In this document: one piece after another, positions 22,732 to 32,972 of the stretch
How positions within the stretch are numbered: the stretch's first letter is position 1
How the letters are laid out: each line of letters starts with the position of its first letter
Sequence record: ON190025.1
Length of the DNA stretch: 64,000 bases
Reading direction: 5' to 3' (one strand)
The notes under the pieces: generated by a model
What the model was told of the DNA's origin: nothing
Seen by the model: only the letters and a program-made list of their open reading frames with translations
The model's database searches: none
Translations under genes and position numbers: made by a program

Positions 22732-22830
22732 CTAATATTACTAATACCTCTAACTTCACTAAAACTACTAATACTACTAAGATGATGCCCAATTTTTGGG
22801 CCTCACACCAAATTCTGCCGCTTCGCTCTA
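22732..22830 (-). repeat. Origin-like element A: hairpin plus six TTAG at 9 bp period
   Basis: CTAA on plus strand at 22732, 22741, 22750, 22759, 22768, 22777; hairpin GAGGCCC-AAAAATT-GGGCATC. Confidence 0.8.
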
Positions 22831-22841
22831 GATTCAGATAC

Positions 22842-22863
22842 AAAAAAGCCCCGTAAGGGGCTT
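22842..22863 (-). terminator. Terminator after gene 3
   Basis: GCCCC/GGGGC stem plus T6. Confidence 0.8.
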
Positions 22864-22872
22864 AATTGCTTT

Positions 22873-23409
22873 CTATGAACCCATATAGGGTGTTATTACT
22901 TCTTCTTTGCCATCGACTTTATGAATCATTTCAAAATATGAATATTCAAACTCGACATCACAAGTTACGACTTCAACATCACCAGATTCAGTATAGTTCC
23001 ATTCTACAGCACTGAGTGACTTTGGGAATGCATTGACAAAACGATATGTTGCTACAATTTTATCTTTGTTGTTGTCTAGAACATGTAGAAGCATAGTAAC
23101 TGGAACAATCCCGTCACTTGTACTAGCACCTGTTGGGTTGTTCATTGTGATCAACCATCTATACAGCTCGGCATACGTCCGCATTTCTTCATCGACTATA
23201 AATTGAATCGAAAGATCGTCATATGATGTACCAGAACCTGCAACATGGTTATTTGCTAGTTTGGCATACTTCGGACCACGAGTAATGCTTGCAATTTCCA
23301 TCGTAACACCCGGGATAGTGGCAGTTTGTATCTGCCACTGGAACGTTTGAGTTGCGTTATTATCAGGGATGTCGATTCGGAAATTATTCTTCATCGTTAA
23401 GTTTTTCAT
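22873..23409 (-). CDS. 3: Tail tube terminator / sheath stabiliser gp3
   Basis: Tube-protein fold pattern LSIQFIVDEEM...FVNAFPKSLS; synteny with gene 1. Confidence 0.85.
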   Translation of the reverse strand: MKNLTMKNNFRIDIPDNNATQTFQWQIQTATIPGVTMEIASITRGPKYAKLANNHVAGSGTSYDDLSIQFIVDEEMRTYAELYRWLITMNNPTGASTSDGIVPVTMLLHVLDNNKDKIVATYRFVNAFPKSLSAVEWNYTESGDVEVVTCDVEFEYSYFEMIHKVDGKEEVITPYMGS

Positions 23410-25382
23410 TAATTCACCGTTCTTCTATTTGGTGAAGGCACTTTCGCTTCACTGTTTACGCTTAACGGTCTATTGAAGTTCGTTGTATTCTGAACTGAAT
23501 TGACCGCATTGTTCACGAAGTTAGTTCCAACCTCTTTCGTTTGCTGTGCTGCTCGAAATGCTGCTTCTCGCGCTGCGACAGCTTCTAAGATGATTGAACG
23601 CTTAACTTCTTGCATTGGCTTAATGATCCCCTCGTTGATCATACGTTGACGTTCAGCCGCTACAATTGCGTCTTCTGCTATTTGCTTCTTCTCGACTTCA
23701 GCTTGCAAGAACTTGTCAAGAGATTCGGCAGACGTTGCTAAATTCTTAGCAGGGTCTTTGATAGCATCAGCAGCGTTCTTAGCACCGTCTATAACCGCTT
23801 GTGCTGTATTCTTAGCCCCATCAACGATCATATCCCCAGCTTTGCCTAGATAGTCTGTTTGATAACGCGCATTGAGTCTTTCACGAACTTCAGCTTTGTC
23901 AGCATCTAGTTTCGCTCTTTTACCTTCAATATCAGCATCTGCTATGAACTTGTCCATGCCTTCTGAACGCATCCAGTCTGGTAATGCATTTAATGCATCA
24001 ACTACAAATGATTTAACGTTTAACATCAAGTCATCTATTGCTAACATAAGCAATCTAAACGAATCGGGAATTGATAACCAACCAGCTATGATTTTGTTAA
24101 TTGCATTAACGTACATTCTGAAAGCTTTCTTAACGAAAGATACCACTGCATCGAAGCCAGATACAATTCCATCAACTGCACCTTCTGGTACTGCTTCTTG
24201 AATATTTTCACTGACAATACCGAACCATTCTCCGATACCTCGAACCATATCGCTAAACCAATTCGACACTATATTAAACAACATTTCCCGTTTTTCGGGG
24301 TCGCTGAAAATACTTTTCAATGCAACGAAGATTCGGTCGATTTCTTCTTCAAATAGCTTGTAAATACCATAACCTGCAAGCATACCTGCTAGTGCGAGTG
24401 GGTTTAACATGATTGAAATCATACGACCTAGTCCTAAGAATGTTTGACGAACAACTGCCCACATCCATTTTTTGACCGTACCTCTCATGTCAGTTGCAAG
24501 ATCTTTGATTATTCCACCTGTCCCTTGACTAAACTTACCAAACCCTAAGAGTATGCTTGAGGCAATGCGACCTAATCTACCGAATTTACTAGCTGTTGAT
24601 GCAGCATCTGCCATAGATGTTGAAAACTTTACTAATTGCCCGCCTAGCATTATTAGACCTACACCAACTAGTCTGAACAACTTGGCAATCCACCCTAGCT
24701 TTTCACCTGTTAAGTGATTCGCGATTCGACGTAGATCACTCGCTTGGTTGCGTTGCACTTTCATGTTTTCTTTGTAACGAAATTGCTCAGTTTTACGAGC
24801 ACGAGTATCAGTAACGACTTGATATGCAAATATCTTCTTGTATAACGCGCTTATAAAGCCCACAGTAAGCGGAGAGTTGTTACCCGCACCGTTCGTCAAG
24901 AAGCTATTTAAATCGTCGGCAGTCGTCTTCTGAAGCCCGATTATTCGCTTCATGTCGTTGACTCTGAAGATCAGTCGTTCAAACCATCGAGTAAACCCCT
25001 CCTGCATACGAGCAAACTGCATTTTTGCAGTCAATCGCATCTCTTGAATACCGCGATCAATTCTAGACAAGTGACCTTTGAAATCTAAAGTAGTTTTGAT
25101 GATATCAGTTAGTGATATAATCGAAGCGCGGACTCTGTTTGATGTCTGTTCGAAGTTTTCAATGACGCGCTGGAATAGATTTTTTTGTTGTGCAACTGCC
25201 TTTTCGTTAGTTTTGAAGACCGATTGCATTGTTTCGAGCATCGTTGACGTTGTTATATCAATGTTGTTGATATGACGAGCCACACGCTGCATCGTGTAAA
25301 CTTCAGGTCGGTCTTCTTGTTGGAGAATCAAATGATCTAATCTTCCGATTATCTCATTCATCTTTTTTTCATCAGCCGCCAT
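23409..25382 (-). CDS. 29: Baseplate hub / tape-measure protein gp29-like
   Basis: 657 aa helical protein with hydrophobic segments in the baseplate hub cluster. Confidence 0.65.
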   Translation of the reverse strand: MAADEKKMNEIIGRLDHLILQQEDRPEVYTMQRVARHINNIDITTSTMLETMQSVFKTNEKAVAQQKNLFQRVIENFEQTSNRVRASIISLTDIIKTTLDFKGHLSRIDRGIQEMRLTAKMQFARMQEGFTRWFERLIFRVNDMKRIIGLQKTTADDLNSFLTNGAGNNSPLTVGFISALYKKIFAYQVVTDTRARKTEQFRYKENMKVQRNQASDLRRIANHLTGEKLGWIAKLFRLVGVGLIMLGGQLVKFSTSMADAASTASKFGRLGRIASSILLGFGKFSQGTGGIIKDLATDMRGTVKKWMWAVVRQTFLGLGRMISIMLNPLALAGMLAGYGIYKLFEEEIDRIFVALKSIFSDPEKREMLFNIVSNWFSDMVRGIGEWFGIVSENIQEAVPEGAVDGIVSGFDAVVSFVKKAFRMYVNAINKIIAGWLSIPDSFRLLMLAIDDLMLNVKSFVVDALNALPDWMRSEGMDKFIADADIEGKRAKLDADKAEVRERLNARYQTDYLGKAGDMIVDGAKNTAQAVIDGAKNAADAIKDPAKNLATSAESLDKFLQAEVEKKQIAEDAIVAAERQRMINEGIIKPMQEVKRSIILEAVAAREAAFRAAQQTKEVGTNFVNNAVNSVQNTTNFNRPLSVNSEAKVPSPNRRTVN

Positions 25383-25549
25383 TATTGTTGTTCCTTATTC
25401 TTTTCTTTGATGTGATGTATAAGCTGTGCGGCATAGATTTCGCGCTCGAATAGAACCATTGTCTCTAAATCGTATAGGGAAAAATTGCCATGAGTGATCA
25501 TGGCAAAGTTTTCTTTGTAATACTCTTCGAGTGAGTATCTACCGAGCAT
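25382..25549 (-). CDS. 51: Baseplate hub assembly catalyst gp51-like, short form
   Basis: Manual translation MLGRYSLEEYYKENFAMITHGNFSLYDLETMVLFEREIY..., 55 aa, coupled to both neighbours. Confidence 0.7.
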   Translation of the reverse strand: MLGRYSLEEYYKENFAMITHGNFSLYDLETMVLFEREIYAAQLIHHIKEKNKEQQ

Positions 25550-26397
25550 TATACGAAAAAATCTTCGATGCCTCGTAGAGTTACTTTCTCTGCGTTACCA
25601 CACTTAGGACATTTAACGTCAACATAAGTGGTGATTCGCGGCACTGCATCTACGAAAGTTTGAACTTTCTTGAATGCAGCAGTGTCTAGTTCACCCATGA
25701 TATTGATCAACTGACCTTGTGCTGCAAGCTCTTCTTTACTGTACACAGTATCACCAACGTGAACTTCTTTGATTGATTCAACAGCAATATTGAACAGACC
25801 TTCAGGTGTGTTAGGGTCGTTGTTCTCATACACGCGAATATTCGGGTGTTGGAGTTTGATTAATACTTGTTTGTTAACACGAACTGTATCTTCACCGGTG
25901 AATGCAGGCACAAACGCAGCGTTTAAGTCTATATTTGCTGTGATTCGTTCACCACATAGACGCTTGTCAGGTGCGAATACTGATTCGATTGCTTCTTCGT
26001 TTGATTGATTAACGATCTCTGCGAACAAGTCATCGGCAGATTTCTCAAGTTCAGCTTCTTCTTGTGCGTCTAGCTGCTTGAGTTCTTCTTCTGGCTTATC
26101 TGCACAGCAGTTATATTCCGCTTGAATTTCAGTTACGCCATTGCTGTTCATATACATGTGCATGAACAAGTATTCAGCATCACCAACCGTTAGGTCTTCC
26201 ATCTTGATGTCTGAAACAATACAGTTTTCAAGACATTGCTCGATTGCATCAACCTTTTCATCTGATTCGTTAGCGATCAACAGTGTTTTATGCTCTTTTG
26301 CAAGCATGGCACGTAACTTGATCTCTTCGCCAGTAGATGGTAGTTTTACAGTATATTGAGGCGCAGCAAGTACGCTCAAATCAAATGGTTTTGTCAT
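25549..26397 (-). CDS. 26: Baseplate hub subunit gp26-like
   Basis: PQYTVKLPSTGEEIKLRAMLAKEHK N-terminus; C-terminal CPKCG zinc ribbon. Confidence 0.8.
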   Translation of the reverse strand: MTKPFDLSVLAAPQYTVKLPSTGEEIKLRAMLAKEHKTLLIANESDEKVDAIEQCLENCIVSDIKMEDLTVGDAEYLFMHMYMNSNGVTEIQAEYNCCADKPEEELKQLDAQEEAELEKSADDLFAEIVNQSNEEAIESVFAPDKRLCGERITANIDLNAAFVPAFTGEDTVRVNKQVLIKLQHPNIRVYENNDPNTPEGLFNIAVESIKEVHVGDTVYSKEELAAQGQLINIMGELDTAAFKKVQTFVDAVPRITTYVDVKCPKCGNAEKVTLRGIEDFFV

Positions 26398-26409
26398 GAT
26401 ATTTTTGCC

Positions 26410-27156
26410 TTAAAATAAGTTTGGGAATGTTTCTGCCGCAGTATTGTAAATGCTGTTATATGTTTTTTCGAAATTCTGTGTTATATCTAACGTGTCTGCG
26501 ATTGTGCTAGATAAATCTTCAGTCATGTACGTTGCACTTTCGTAAACAAATTCAACCTCGAATTCGGCAACTGCATTGCTATTTTCATAGCCCAACTGAA
26601 CTCCACCGACTCGAATAGGAAACGCATTTTTTAAACTGGTCATAGTAACCATGTTCGCGTTGCGGTCGTACGTGTAAATCTCGATAGTGCGTGCGTAATT
26701 CGAGAAGAACCCGACTTGTGCAGAGTCGTTTGAATAAATCTGTTTGAACCACCCCAATAGCATTTTACGCTCAGGGTGTGACGGTGAAAGATACAGCGAC
26801 ATCGTTACCGTTTCATCAGTTTTCGTTTTGATTACATGATGCGGACGTCTTCTCGATCTATCAATATCTGTTTCATATGATGACCCAGGTATATTTACTG
26901 ATTTAACCATCATCCCGATGTTTCGCTCGAATTCAAACCCACTACCGAATAACGCAGCAGTCGAGGCTAATGCATCTTTAACCCCGATACCGTTTACTCT
27001 AGTCGATGCAGCATTCGAGAACGTTTCACCAGTGTTCATTAACTGCTTTGCTGTATCTTGCAGCGATGCAAAACGCACCGCATACAAGTTTTGTCTTGCT
27101 AAATCGTTCTTATTGATCTGAGATAAGAACTTTTTAACGTCAATACCGATTGCCAT
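26410..27156 (-). CDS. 54: Baseplate tail-tube initiator gp54
   Basis: DLARQNLYAVRF, VKSVNIPG, AFPIRVGGVQL...FEVEFVY tube-like fold. Confidence 0.8.
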   Translation of the reverse strand: MAIGIDVKKFLSQINKNDLARQNLYAVRFASLQDTAKQLMNTGETFSNAASTRVNGIGVKDALASTAALFGSGFEFERNIGMMVKSVNIPGSSYETDIDRSRRRPHHVIKTKTDETVTMSLYLSPSHPERKMLLGWFKQIYSNDSAQVGFFSNYARTIEIYTYDRNANMVTMTSLKNAFPIRVGGVQLGYENSNAVAEFEVEFVYESATYMTEDLSSTIADTLDITQNFEKTYNSIYNTAAETFPNLF

Positions 27157-27159
27157 TCG

Positions 27160-27756
27160 TTATCTCCTTCTATAACGATCATCGTACGCACGAACAGCAG
27201 AAATGTTACGACCATTTTTAGCAACGAATTGCTGTAGTGGCATGTGAATAACATTGTACCAATCATGTGGTTTGACTTCTTCAAGTGAACCTTTAATTCG
27301 CTTTAGAATGTACAATTTAACCATATGTTTACTGAACTTGATGTTTTTCACTCGACCCCAATCAACCGATAGTCGAGTTGTGTTACTTACTGTTTTTGTA
27401 GTTGCGTATCGTAGTAAAATTGTTAAAAACTTCTCGCGATCTTTCGGTGGGATGTAGTGCAAGTTCAAGCCTAACATATATCCCTTTTCGACCCCGAGAC
27501 AGATAATACACGGGAATTTATCCCAATACGGAAGTTTGTCTTTGTGTTTAGCATCATATGCGAATACATACATGTTGCCTTTGTGTGGTCGCTGTACTTT
27601 TCGACTACGTATTGCATCATGAACACGCTTTTTGAACCATGCTAATGATTTGCGTTGATTCTTCGCGATTGGTTGACGACCAAGCTCGTGCGTTTGAGCT
27701 TTGAAGCTATCAAGCAAACTTTCCTTTTTCTTCTTTGCTCGTTCTGGTCTAGCCAT
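27160..27756 (-). CDS. 2: DNA end protector gp2
   Basis: MYVFAYDAKHKDKLPYWDKFP, GLNLHYIPP. Confidence 0.92.
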   Translation of the reverse strand: MARPERAKKKKESLLDSFKAQTHELGRQPIAKNQRKSLAWFKKRVHDAIRSRKVQRPHKGNMYVFAYDAKHKDKLPYWDKFPCIICLGVEKGYMLGLNLHYIPPKDREKFLTILLRYATTKTVSNTTRLSVDWGRVKNIKFSKHMVKLYILKRIKGSLEEVKPHDWYNVIHMPLQQFVAKNGRNISAVRAYDDRYRRR

Positions 27757-27757
27757 A

Positions 27758-28213
27758 TTACACTCTCAGTCCTATCAATTTTCTCAGTCCGTGTTCAGTC
27801 AAGACTTTGAATTGCCAACCTTTCTGCTTTGCGAATTTAATCGCAGCAGCCCATTTATCTTGATTCACTTGAAACGTATATACTTCTTTTAAAAGACGTT
27901 TCTTAGCCTTTTCAGTAAGCCTCTGTGGCTTCTCAGGCGGCATCGTTTCTTTGTGCGGTTTAATTTCAAATATGAATTCGCGCCCATCACTGAACTTCAC
28001 GTAAAAGTCCATAAAATATCTACGTTTTTTCCCGCCGTCAGCCGAACTAACATATGGGATTACAATCTCTTCAGAATTCCAGCGAACTACGTGTGGGTTG
28101 TTGTCACACCAACGCATAAACGACAATTCCCATGAGCTTCTATACTCAATCTTTTGATAATTGCCTTTGTATTTTGACTTGTTCGACGGAACAAATTTTC
28201 CAGAATATGCCAT
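27758..28213 (-). CDS. 4: Head completion nuclease gp4
   Basis: YRSSWE, WNSEEIVIPY, RYFMDF, EIKP, NQDKW. Confidence 0.95.
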   Translation of the reverse strand: MAYSGKFVPSNKSKYKGNYQKIEYRSSWELSFMRWCDNNPHVVRWNSEEIVIPYVSSADGGKKRRYFMDFYVKFSDGREFIFEIKPHKETMPPEKPQRLTEKAKKRLLKEVYTFQVNQDKWAAAIKFAKQKGWQFKVLTEHGLRKLIGLRV

Positions 28214-28280
28214 GTAGCGCCTCCTTTCATATATTTAGTATCGCATCTAAATACAGATATATATTTTTAAAAAGGAGATC

Positions 28281-29417
28281 ATGAAAATGAATCTTACTAG
28301 TACAATCGCTGCAAAAAGTAGCACTCTAGTAGAAACAATATCAGGAGGAGTTCAAAGTACTACACAAGAGCTTTCGACAGGTGAAGATGTTACTAAACTC
28401 GGTCGTGACTCGAATAATGTAGCATTGACATACCCGCTTAATTTAGGGGCTGAGTCTGGACACCCGAATTTCTTTATTTTTAGAGCGTATGACTTGGCAC
28501 ACACAACAAAACAACACTATACGGACATGCGTAGTTCGTTTACTGCCGCGCAAACTGAAAATGAACAATCTGGTGAAGTTCCTAGCGAACTGAAGGCTAC
28601 ACTTGCACTTTACGCGCCTAATATCGTTGAAGAAGTGTCTCACGAATATGATAAAACACCGACTTCAGTGTTAAATGACTTTCTTGCTAGTGCAGCTTCA
28701 GCAGCGGGCTCAGATACAGTGTCTGAGGGTGTTGATCGCGGTAAACGAGCAGTCGCGACAGCAGCAGGCGCAACACTGGCTCAGATTAAACGTTCATTCA
28801 TTCAATCGAATGCAGCAGGACAGTTGGAGAAGAACAGCAGTGTCGTAACAGACAACGTGACTGTAACTGCGTATAAAGGTACAGCGCAGCGTACACAAAC
28901 AATGGTATATCAATTCCACCCTAAGTCGTTAGATGAATTGAAAGTAGTTGCAGAGATTATAAAGACGTTCTATGGGCTATCGTTGCCAGTGAAAGGTCAG
29001 ATTGATTCGCAGTTATTAGATACAGGGACAGCAAATTTAGGCTCGGGTTTTGCAGCAGGTTTTGCGAAATACGCGACGTTATTGAAAACTCCGCCTGTAT
29101 GGATGATTGAAGAAGTGTCAGACACAGACGCGACGCGATACACACCTCGCTTTATTTTCGGGCCAGCTGGTATCACATCTGTGAAGTTGAATCGTACACC
29201 TGATCAGTACTGGCGCACATTTAGAGGTACAGCTGGTGACCCAGCGGGTATTGAGCTTGAGATTACATTTAGCGAACTTATCCCACTTGATCGTGCTATG
29301 TATCAACGCGACCTTAACAGTAATGTTCGAGGTTATGACAGTGGAACGAAAACGGCTAGTGGTAGTAATACAAACTCTGGTTCGTTCTTTGGTGATATTG
29401 AGGGATTGATTAAATGA
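28281..29417 (+). CDS. 48: Baseplate tail-tube cap gp48
   Basis: RTQTMVYQFHPKS, PPVWMI, FGPAGITSV, LEITFSE. Confidence 0.8.
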   Translation: MKMNLTSTIAAKSSTLVETISGGVQSTTQELSTGEDVTKLGRDSNNVALTYPLNLGAESGHPNFFIFRAYDLAHTTKQHYTDMRSSFTAAQTENEQSGEVPSELKATLALYAPNIVEEVSHEYDKTPTSVLNDFLASAASAAGSDTVSEGVDRGKRAVATAAGATLAQIKRSFIQSNAAGQLEKNSSVVTDNVTVTAYKGTAQRTQTMVYQFHPKSLDELKVVAEIIKTFYGLSLPVKGQIDSQLLDTGTANLGSGFAAGFAKYATLLKTPPVWMIEEVSDTDATRYTPRFIFGPAGITSVKLNRTPDQYWRTFRGTAGDPAGIELEITFSELIPLDRAMYQRDLNSNVRGYDSGTKTASGSNTNSGSFFGDIEGLIK

Positions 29418-29992
29418 TTTTTTCGATATTTGAAAAGACTGATTATCAAGGGGTTGAAACTGCGGACATATTCAAGAATTTGAATTATTATCATAAGCAG
29501 ATCATCCCGTCGTTTACGACTATTCAGTATAAAATAAGGGGCGATTATCGCCCTGAACAAATTGCATATGAATTGTACGGTGACACGTCGTTGTATTGGT
29601 TGATATTACTTCTCAATCAGCGCGTTGACCCGTTTTATGATTGGGTTCAGCCCAATGAATCTGTAGCTGAGAATGCTATTTATCGTTATCAGTATATTGG
29701 TGGGAATGAGCAAGTTCATCATCACGTCGATGAACAAGGTCGTTGGTGGTTTGATATGATTGAAGACCCTGAAAACCCGCGTAATTGGTATAACAAGTTC
29801 GACTGGGAAAATAATGTCCCTGAAGAAGGTCAGGAAGATTTTCGAGAACTGTTGTATCACGGCGTTATGATTCCAGTATCAGTTGATGAATTTGAGTTCA
29901 ATAAGAATGAAACGAATCGCGTGATTAACATTCTTTCGCGTGACGATATTAGTACATACATCAGCACGTTTATGAAATTAGCAGGGGTATAA
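29414..29992 (+). CDS. 53: Baseplate wedge gp53
   Basis: RPEQIAYELYGDTSLYWLILLLN LysM-like motif, DPFYDW. Confidence 0.92.
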   Translation: MIFSIFEKTDYQGVETADIFKNLNYYHKQIIPSFTTIQYKIRGDYRPEQIAYELYGDTSLYWLILLLNQRVDPFYDWVQPNESVAENAIYRYQYIGGNEQVHHHVDEQGRWWFDMIEDPENPRNWYNKFDWENNVPEEGQEDFRELLYHGVMIPVSVDEFEFNKNETNRVINILSRDDISTYISTFMKLAGV

Positions 29993-29993
29993 C

Positions 29994-31265
29994 ATGTTTG
30001 AAATGCGCTCCGCTAACCCAATTGAGAACTTTGTGGTTAGCAAAATTCACATTCGTGGTGTTGATTTCGCCTCGGCTGTTGAAAATGAAATCACACACAT
30101 GGAAATTTATGAGTCGCTTGACGGGTTAGTTTCGGGCATGTTCATGTTCACAGATTCAGTCGGAATCGTTGACACTGTTCGAATGACGGGGTTTGAAGCT
30201 ATCGATGTTGATTTTGCTTCATATGTCGGGGAGCAAGCAAACAAGGTATATCGAAAAACGTTTCGTGCGACTGGTATATCAAGAATGCCGTCAACGACTG
30301 GTGGGTTCGAAACTATAATTGTTCGTTTTACTAATAACCTATTGACATTGAATGATTACGTTAAACGCCCGTATGTGTTCAAGAAAACTAGTATATCGAA
30401 CATAATCAAAACGATTTTAGACAATTTGGGTGATGAGAAGCCCGTGTATGAAATTGAATCTTCTCTTTATCAACGTGATTACGTGACCCAGATCGGTAAA
30501 CCTTACGACATCATCAGCAGTCTTGTAGACCATGCAAGTACTGACGTGAATAACAGTTGTAAGTTCATGTTTTACGAAGATCGGGACTCGGTTAAATTCA
30601 CGTCTCTTGGTACGATCAGAAACAAAGATTACGATTATATAATTCGTAAAGGTGCTGATACAGGTGACGGTAAATGGACATCTGGTCGCGGTAAAACAAT
30701 CACAGCATTGCGCGTTGTAGTGAAAGAACAGTCTAATATGCATGAGATTTCTAGTGGTTTATTCGGTTCTAGAACATATTCTCATAGTTTAATTCGCAAA
30801 AAGTTGACGACTAAAGATGTTCGTCGTGGTGATTATATTGAAAAGGTTGGGATTTTAAATGACAAAGCTCATATGTACACGAGTGAATCAGAATTTCCTA
30901 GTGAAGTTCCAGTAACCGAACAACCGTTGAATAGCATTCAATTGATATCAAACGACGGCTTTTACGAGCATGACAATAAACACCCTCTAGGGTCTGTTCA
31001 TGGCGTTTCATTAATGGAAGAAACGTACTTGAATGCAAAACAGATACTTGTAGAAATACCAGGTAATACGAATATTACAGTTGGTGATGTTGTGTTTCTT
31101 GACTATCACGCAGTAACTGGTGACAACCATTCGAGTCTTGATGTGTCAGGGAAATGGATTGTTCATGAATTGAAGCATCGCGTTGAGCCTAACTCATTCA
31201 TAACTACGCTTGAATTATCAAGTGATTCGTCGATGAATGTAGCAGTTGCGGGGAGCAAGAAATAA
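29994..31265 (+). CDS. 27: Baseplate hub gp27-like
   Basis: IYESLDG, FMFYED, VEIPGNTNITVGDVV, SGKWIV; precedes gp5. Confidence 0.75.
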   Translation: MFEMRSANPIENFVVSKIHIRGVDFASAVENEITHMEIYESLDGLVSGMFMFTDSVGIVDTVRMTGFEAIDVDFASYVGEQANKVYRKTFRATGISRMPSTTGGFETIIVRFTNNLLTLNDYVKRPYVFKKTSISNIIKTILDNLGDEKPVYEIESSLYQRDYVTQIGKPYDIISSLVDHASTDVNNSCKFMFYEDRDSVKFTSLGTIRNKDYDYIIRKGADTGDGKWTSGRGKTITALRVVVKEQSNMHEISSGLFGSRTYSHSLIRKKLTTKDVRRGDYIEKVGILNDKAHMYTSESEFPSEVPVTEQPLNSIQLISNDGFYEHDNKHPLGSVHGVSLMEETYLNAKQILVEIPGNTNITVGDVVFLDYHAVTGDNHSSLDVSGKWIVHELKHRVEPNSFITTLELSSDSSMNVAVAGSKK

Positions 31266-32482
31266 TGTTTATGGGATTAGATGGGTTTGATTGGTGGACT
31301 GGTGTTGTTGAAGATAGAACAAACGACCCACTCAAACTCGGTAGAATTAAAGTCAGAATGATTGGGTTTCACCCCGAGAAGAAAAGTTCAAATCAAGGTA
31401 TTCGAACTGAAGAACTTCTTTGGGTTCACCCTATGCAGTCGCTTGATAACGCTGCAATGAACGGGATCGGTAATACACCAATAGGGGTAGTTGAAGGTAC
31501 ATGGGTATTTGGCTTTTTCAGAGATAAGTTGCATCAAGATGCAATTGCGATGGGTGTTTTGCCCGGTATACCTGAAGAATTAGCTAACGGTAGTAAGGGG
31601 TTTAATGACCCAAACGAAAAATACCCGTTAGCTGATAAACTCAATGAGCCCGATACAAACCGTTTAGCTCGAAACGATGTAGATCCCGATGTGTATGATG
31701 AAAACCAATCTCAGAGCGATTTTGATAGTGGCGATGCGCCTTATGTGTATAGACCACATGAAATAATCGCTAGTAAACGCGCAGCCGAAGAGAAAGACAT
31801 TCCGATTGCGGGATATAATCAAAACGGTCCCGTTTATAACGAGAAAGGGACGCCGTACGCAGCGCAGTACCCGTTCAATCATGTACACGAGTCTGAATCT
31901 GGGCACATCAGAGAGGTTGATGACACAGAGGGTGCAGAGCGTTTACATACGTATCATCGAACAGGTACATTTGAAGAAATTCACCCTGACGGTAGTAAAG
32001 TTACAAAGATTGTTGGTGATGATTTTGAGATTGTTCAAAAAGATCAGAATGTCTTTATCAAAGGGAACTTGAATATAACCGTTGTCGGTGACGCGACGTT
32101 CTATTGTCAGCAAAACGTAACGCAGCAAGTTGATGGTGATTTGAAGCAGCATGTTAAGGGTAATGTTGATCAGCATGTTGAAATGAATGTTACTCAAACA
32201 GTTGATAAAGATGTTAGTCAGACAGTGCATCAGAACGTCACACAGAACGTTGACGGGAATGTTAATCAAACTGTGGGCGGGAATGTTCAAAGTAACGTCA
32301 CGGGCGATTACACGCAGAATATCAGCGGTAATTACACAATAACAGTCGGTGGCTCGATGTCAGAAAGCGTTAGTTCGTCTTATACACGTTCGGCGTCATC
32401 AATTAGTGATGACGGTGGTGGCGCAACGCTTAGTCTCGCAGGAGCTGCGGCATTAGACGGTTCAACAGTGAGCCTAGGGTAA
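31265..32482 (+). CDS. 5: Baseplate central spike gp5, no lysozyme domain
   Basis: GVVEDRTNDPLKLGRIKVR OB fold, YPFNHVHESESGH, VxGNVxQxV beta-helix repeats; 405 aa. Confidence 0.92.
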   Translation: MFMGLDGFDWWTGVVEDRTNDPLKLGRIKVRMIGFHPEKKSSNQGIRTEELLWVHPMQSLDNAAMNGIGNTPIGVVEGTWVFGFFRDKLHQDAIAMGVLPGIPEELANGSKGFNDPNEKYPLADKLNEPDTNRLARNDVDPDVYDENQSQSDFDSGDAPYVYRPHEIIASKRAAEEKDIPIAGYNQNGPVYNEKGTPYAAQYPFNHVHESESGHIREVDDTEGAERLHTYHRTGTFEEIHPDGSKVTKIVGDDFEIVQKDQNVFIKGNLNITVVGDATFYCQQNVTQQVDGDLKQHVKGNVDQHVEMNVTQTVDKDVSQTVHQNVTQNVDGNVNQTVGGNVQSNVTGDYTQNISGNYTITVGGSMSESVSSSYTRSASSISDDGGGATLSLAGAAALDGSTVSLG

Positions 32483-32486
32483 TTGA

Positions 32487-32972
32487 ATGGCTAGTATTAC
32501 ACCAATCACTTTACCGAACATTGCAGAAGGGGAGAACGTCGATGTGACGTTCTCCGCTGTCATGGACGAAGGTGAGACACTTGTTCAGATATCAATAACT
32601 GACCATCGAGCGAATGCGGGTATTAGTGTCTCAGGCGCAAGATATTACGGTCAGTATCAAGATTCGTTTGATCTGGGACCTAGTGGTCTGAAATACAGAG
32701 ATACACGAGACAATAGCTATCATGAAGTGAGTAGATTTAGCGATCTACCGAACAACCCTGAACATGGTCACGTGTATCGATTCGAAGCGCCGAGCGTGTT
32801 ATCAACTGACTACACATATACAGTTACAGTTGATTACGAATACGAAGACCCGCTTGTACCAGGAGTAATTGAAGAGCGCCAGCTCGTTGAATCATTCACT
32901 CAGAACGTTAAAGGTAAGTGGGATACATGGGCGCAGCAACTTAGAGATTATATAGCAGCAGGAGGTAACTAA
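32487..32972 (+). CDS. 5.1: gp5.1-like baseplate protein
   Basis: Position between 5 and 5.4; size. Confidence 0.6.
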   Translation: MASITPITLPNIAEGENVDVTFSAVMDEGETLVQISITDHRANAGISVSGARYYGQYQDSFDLGPSGLKYRDTRDNSYHEVSRFSDLPNNPEHGHVYRFEAPSVLSTDYTYTVTVDYEYEDPLVPGVIEERQLVESFTQNVKGKWDTWAQQLRDYIAAGGN

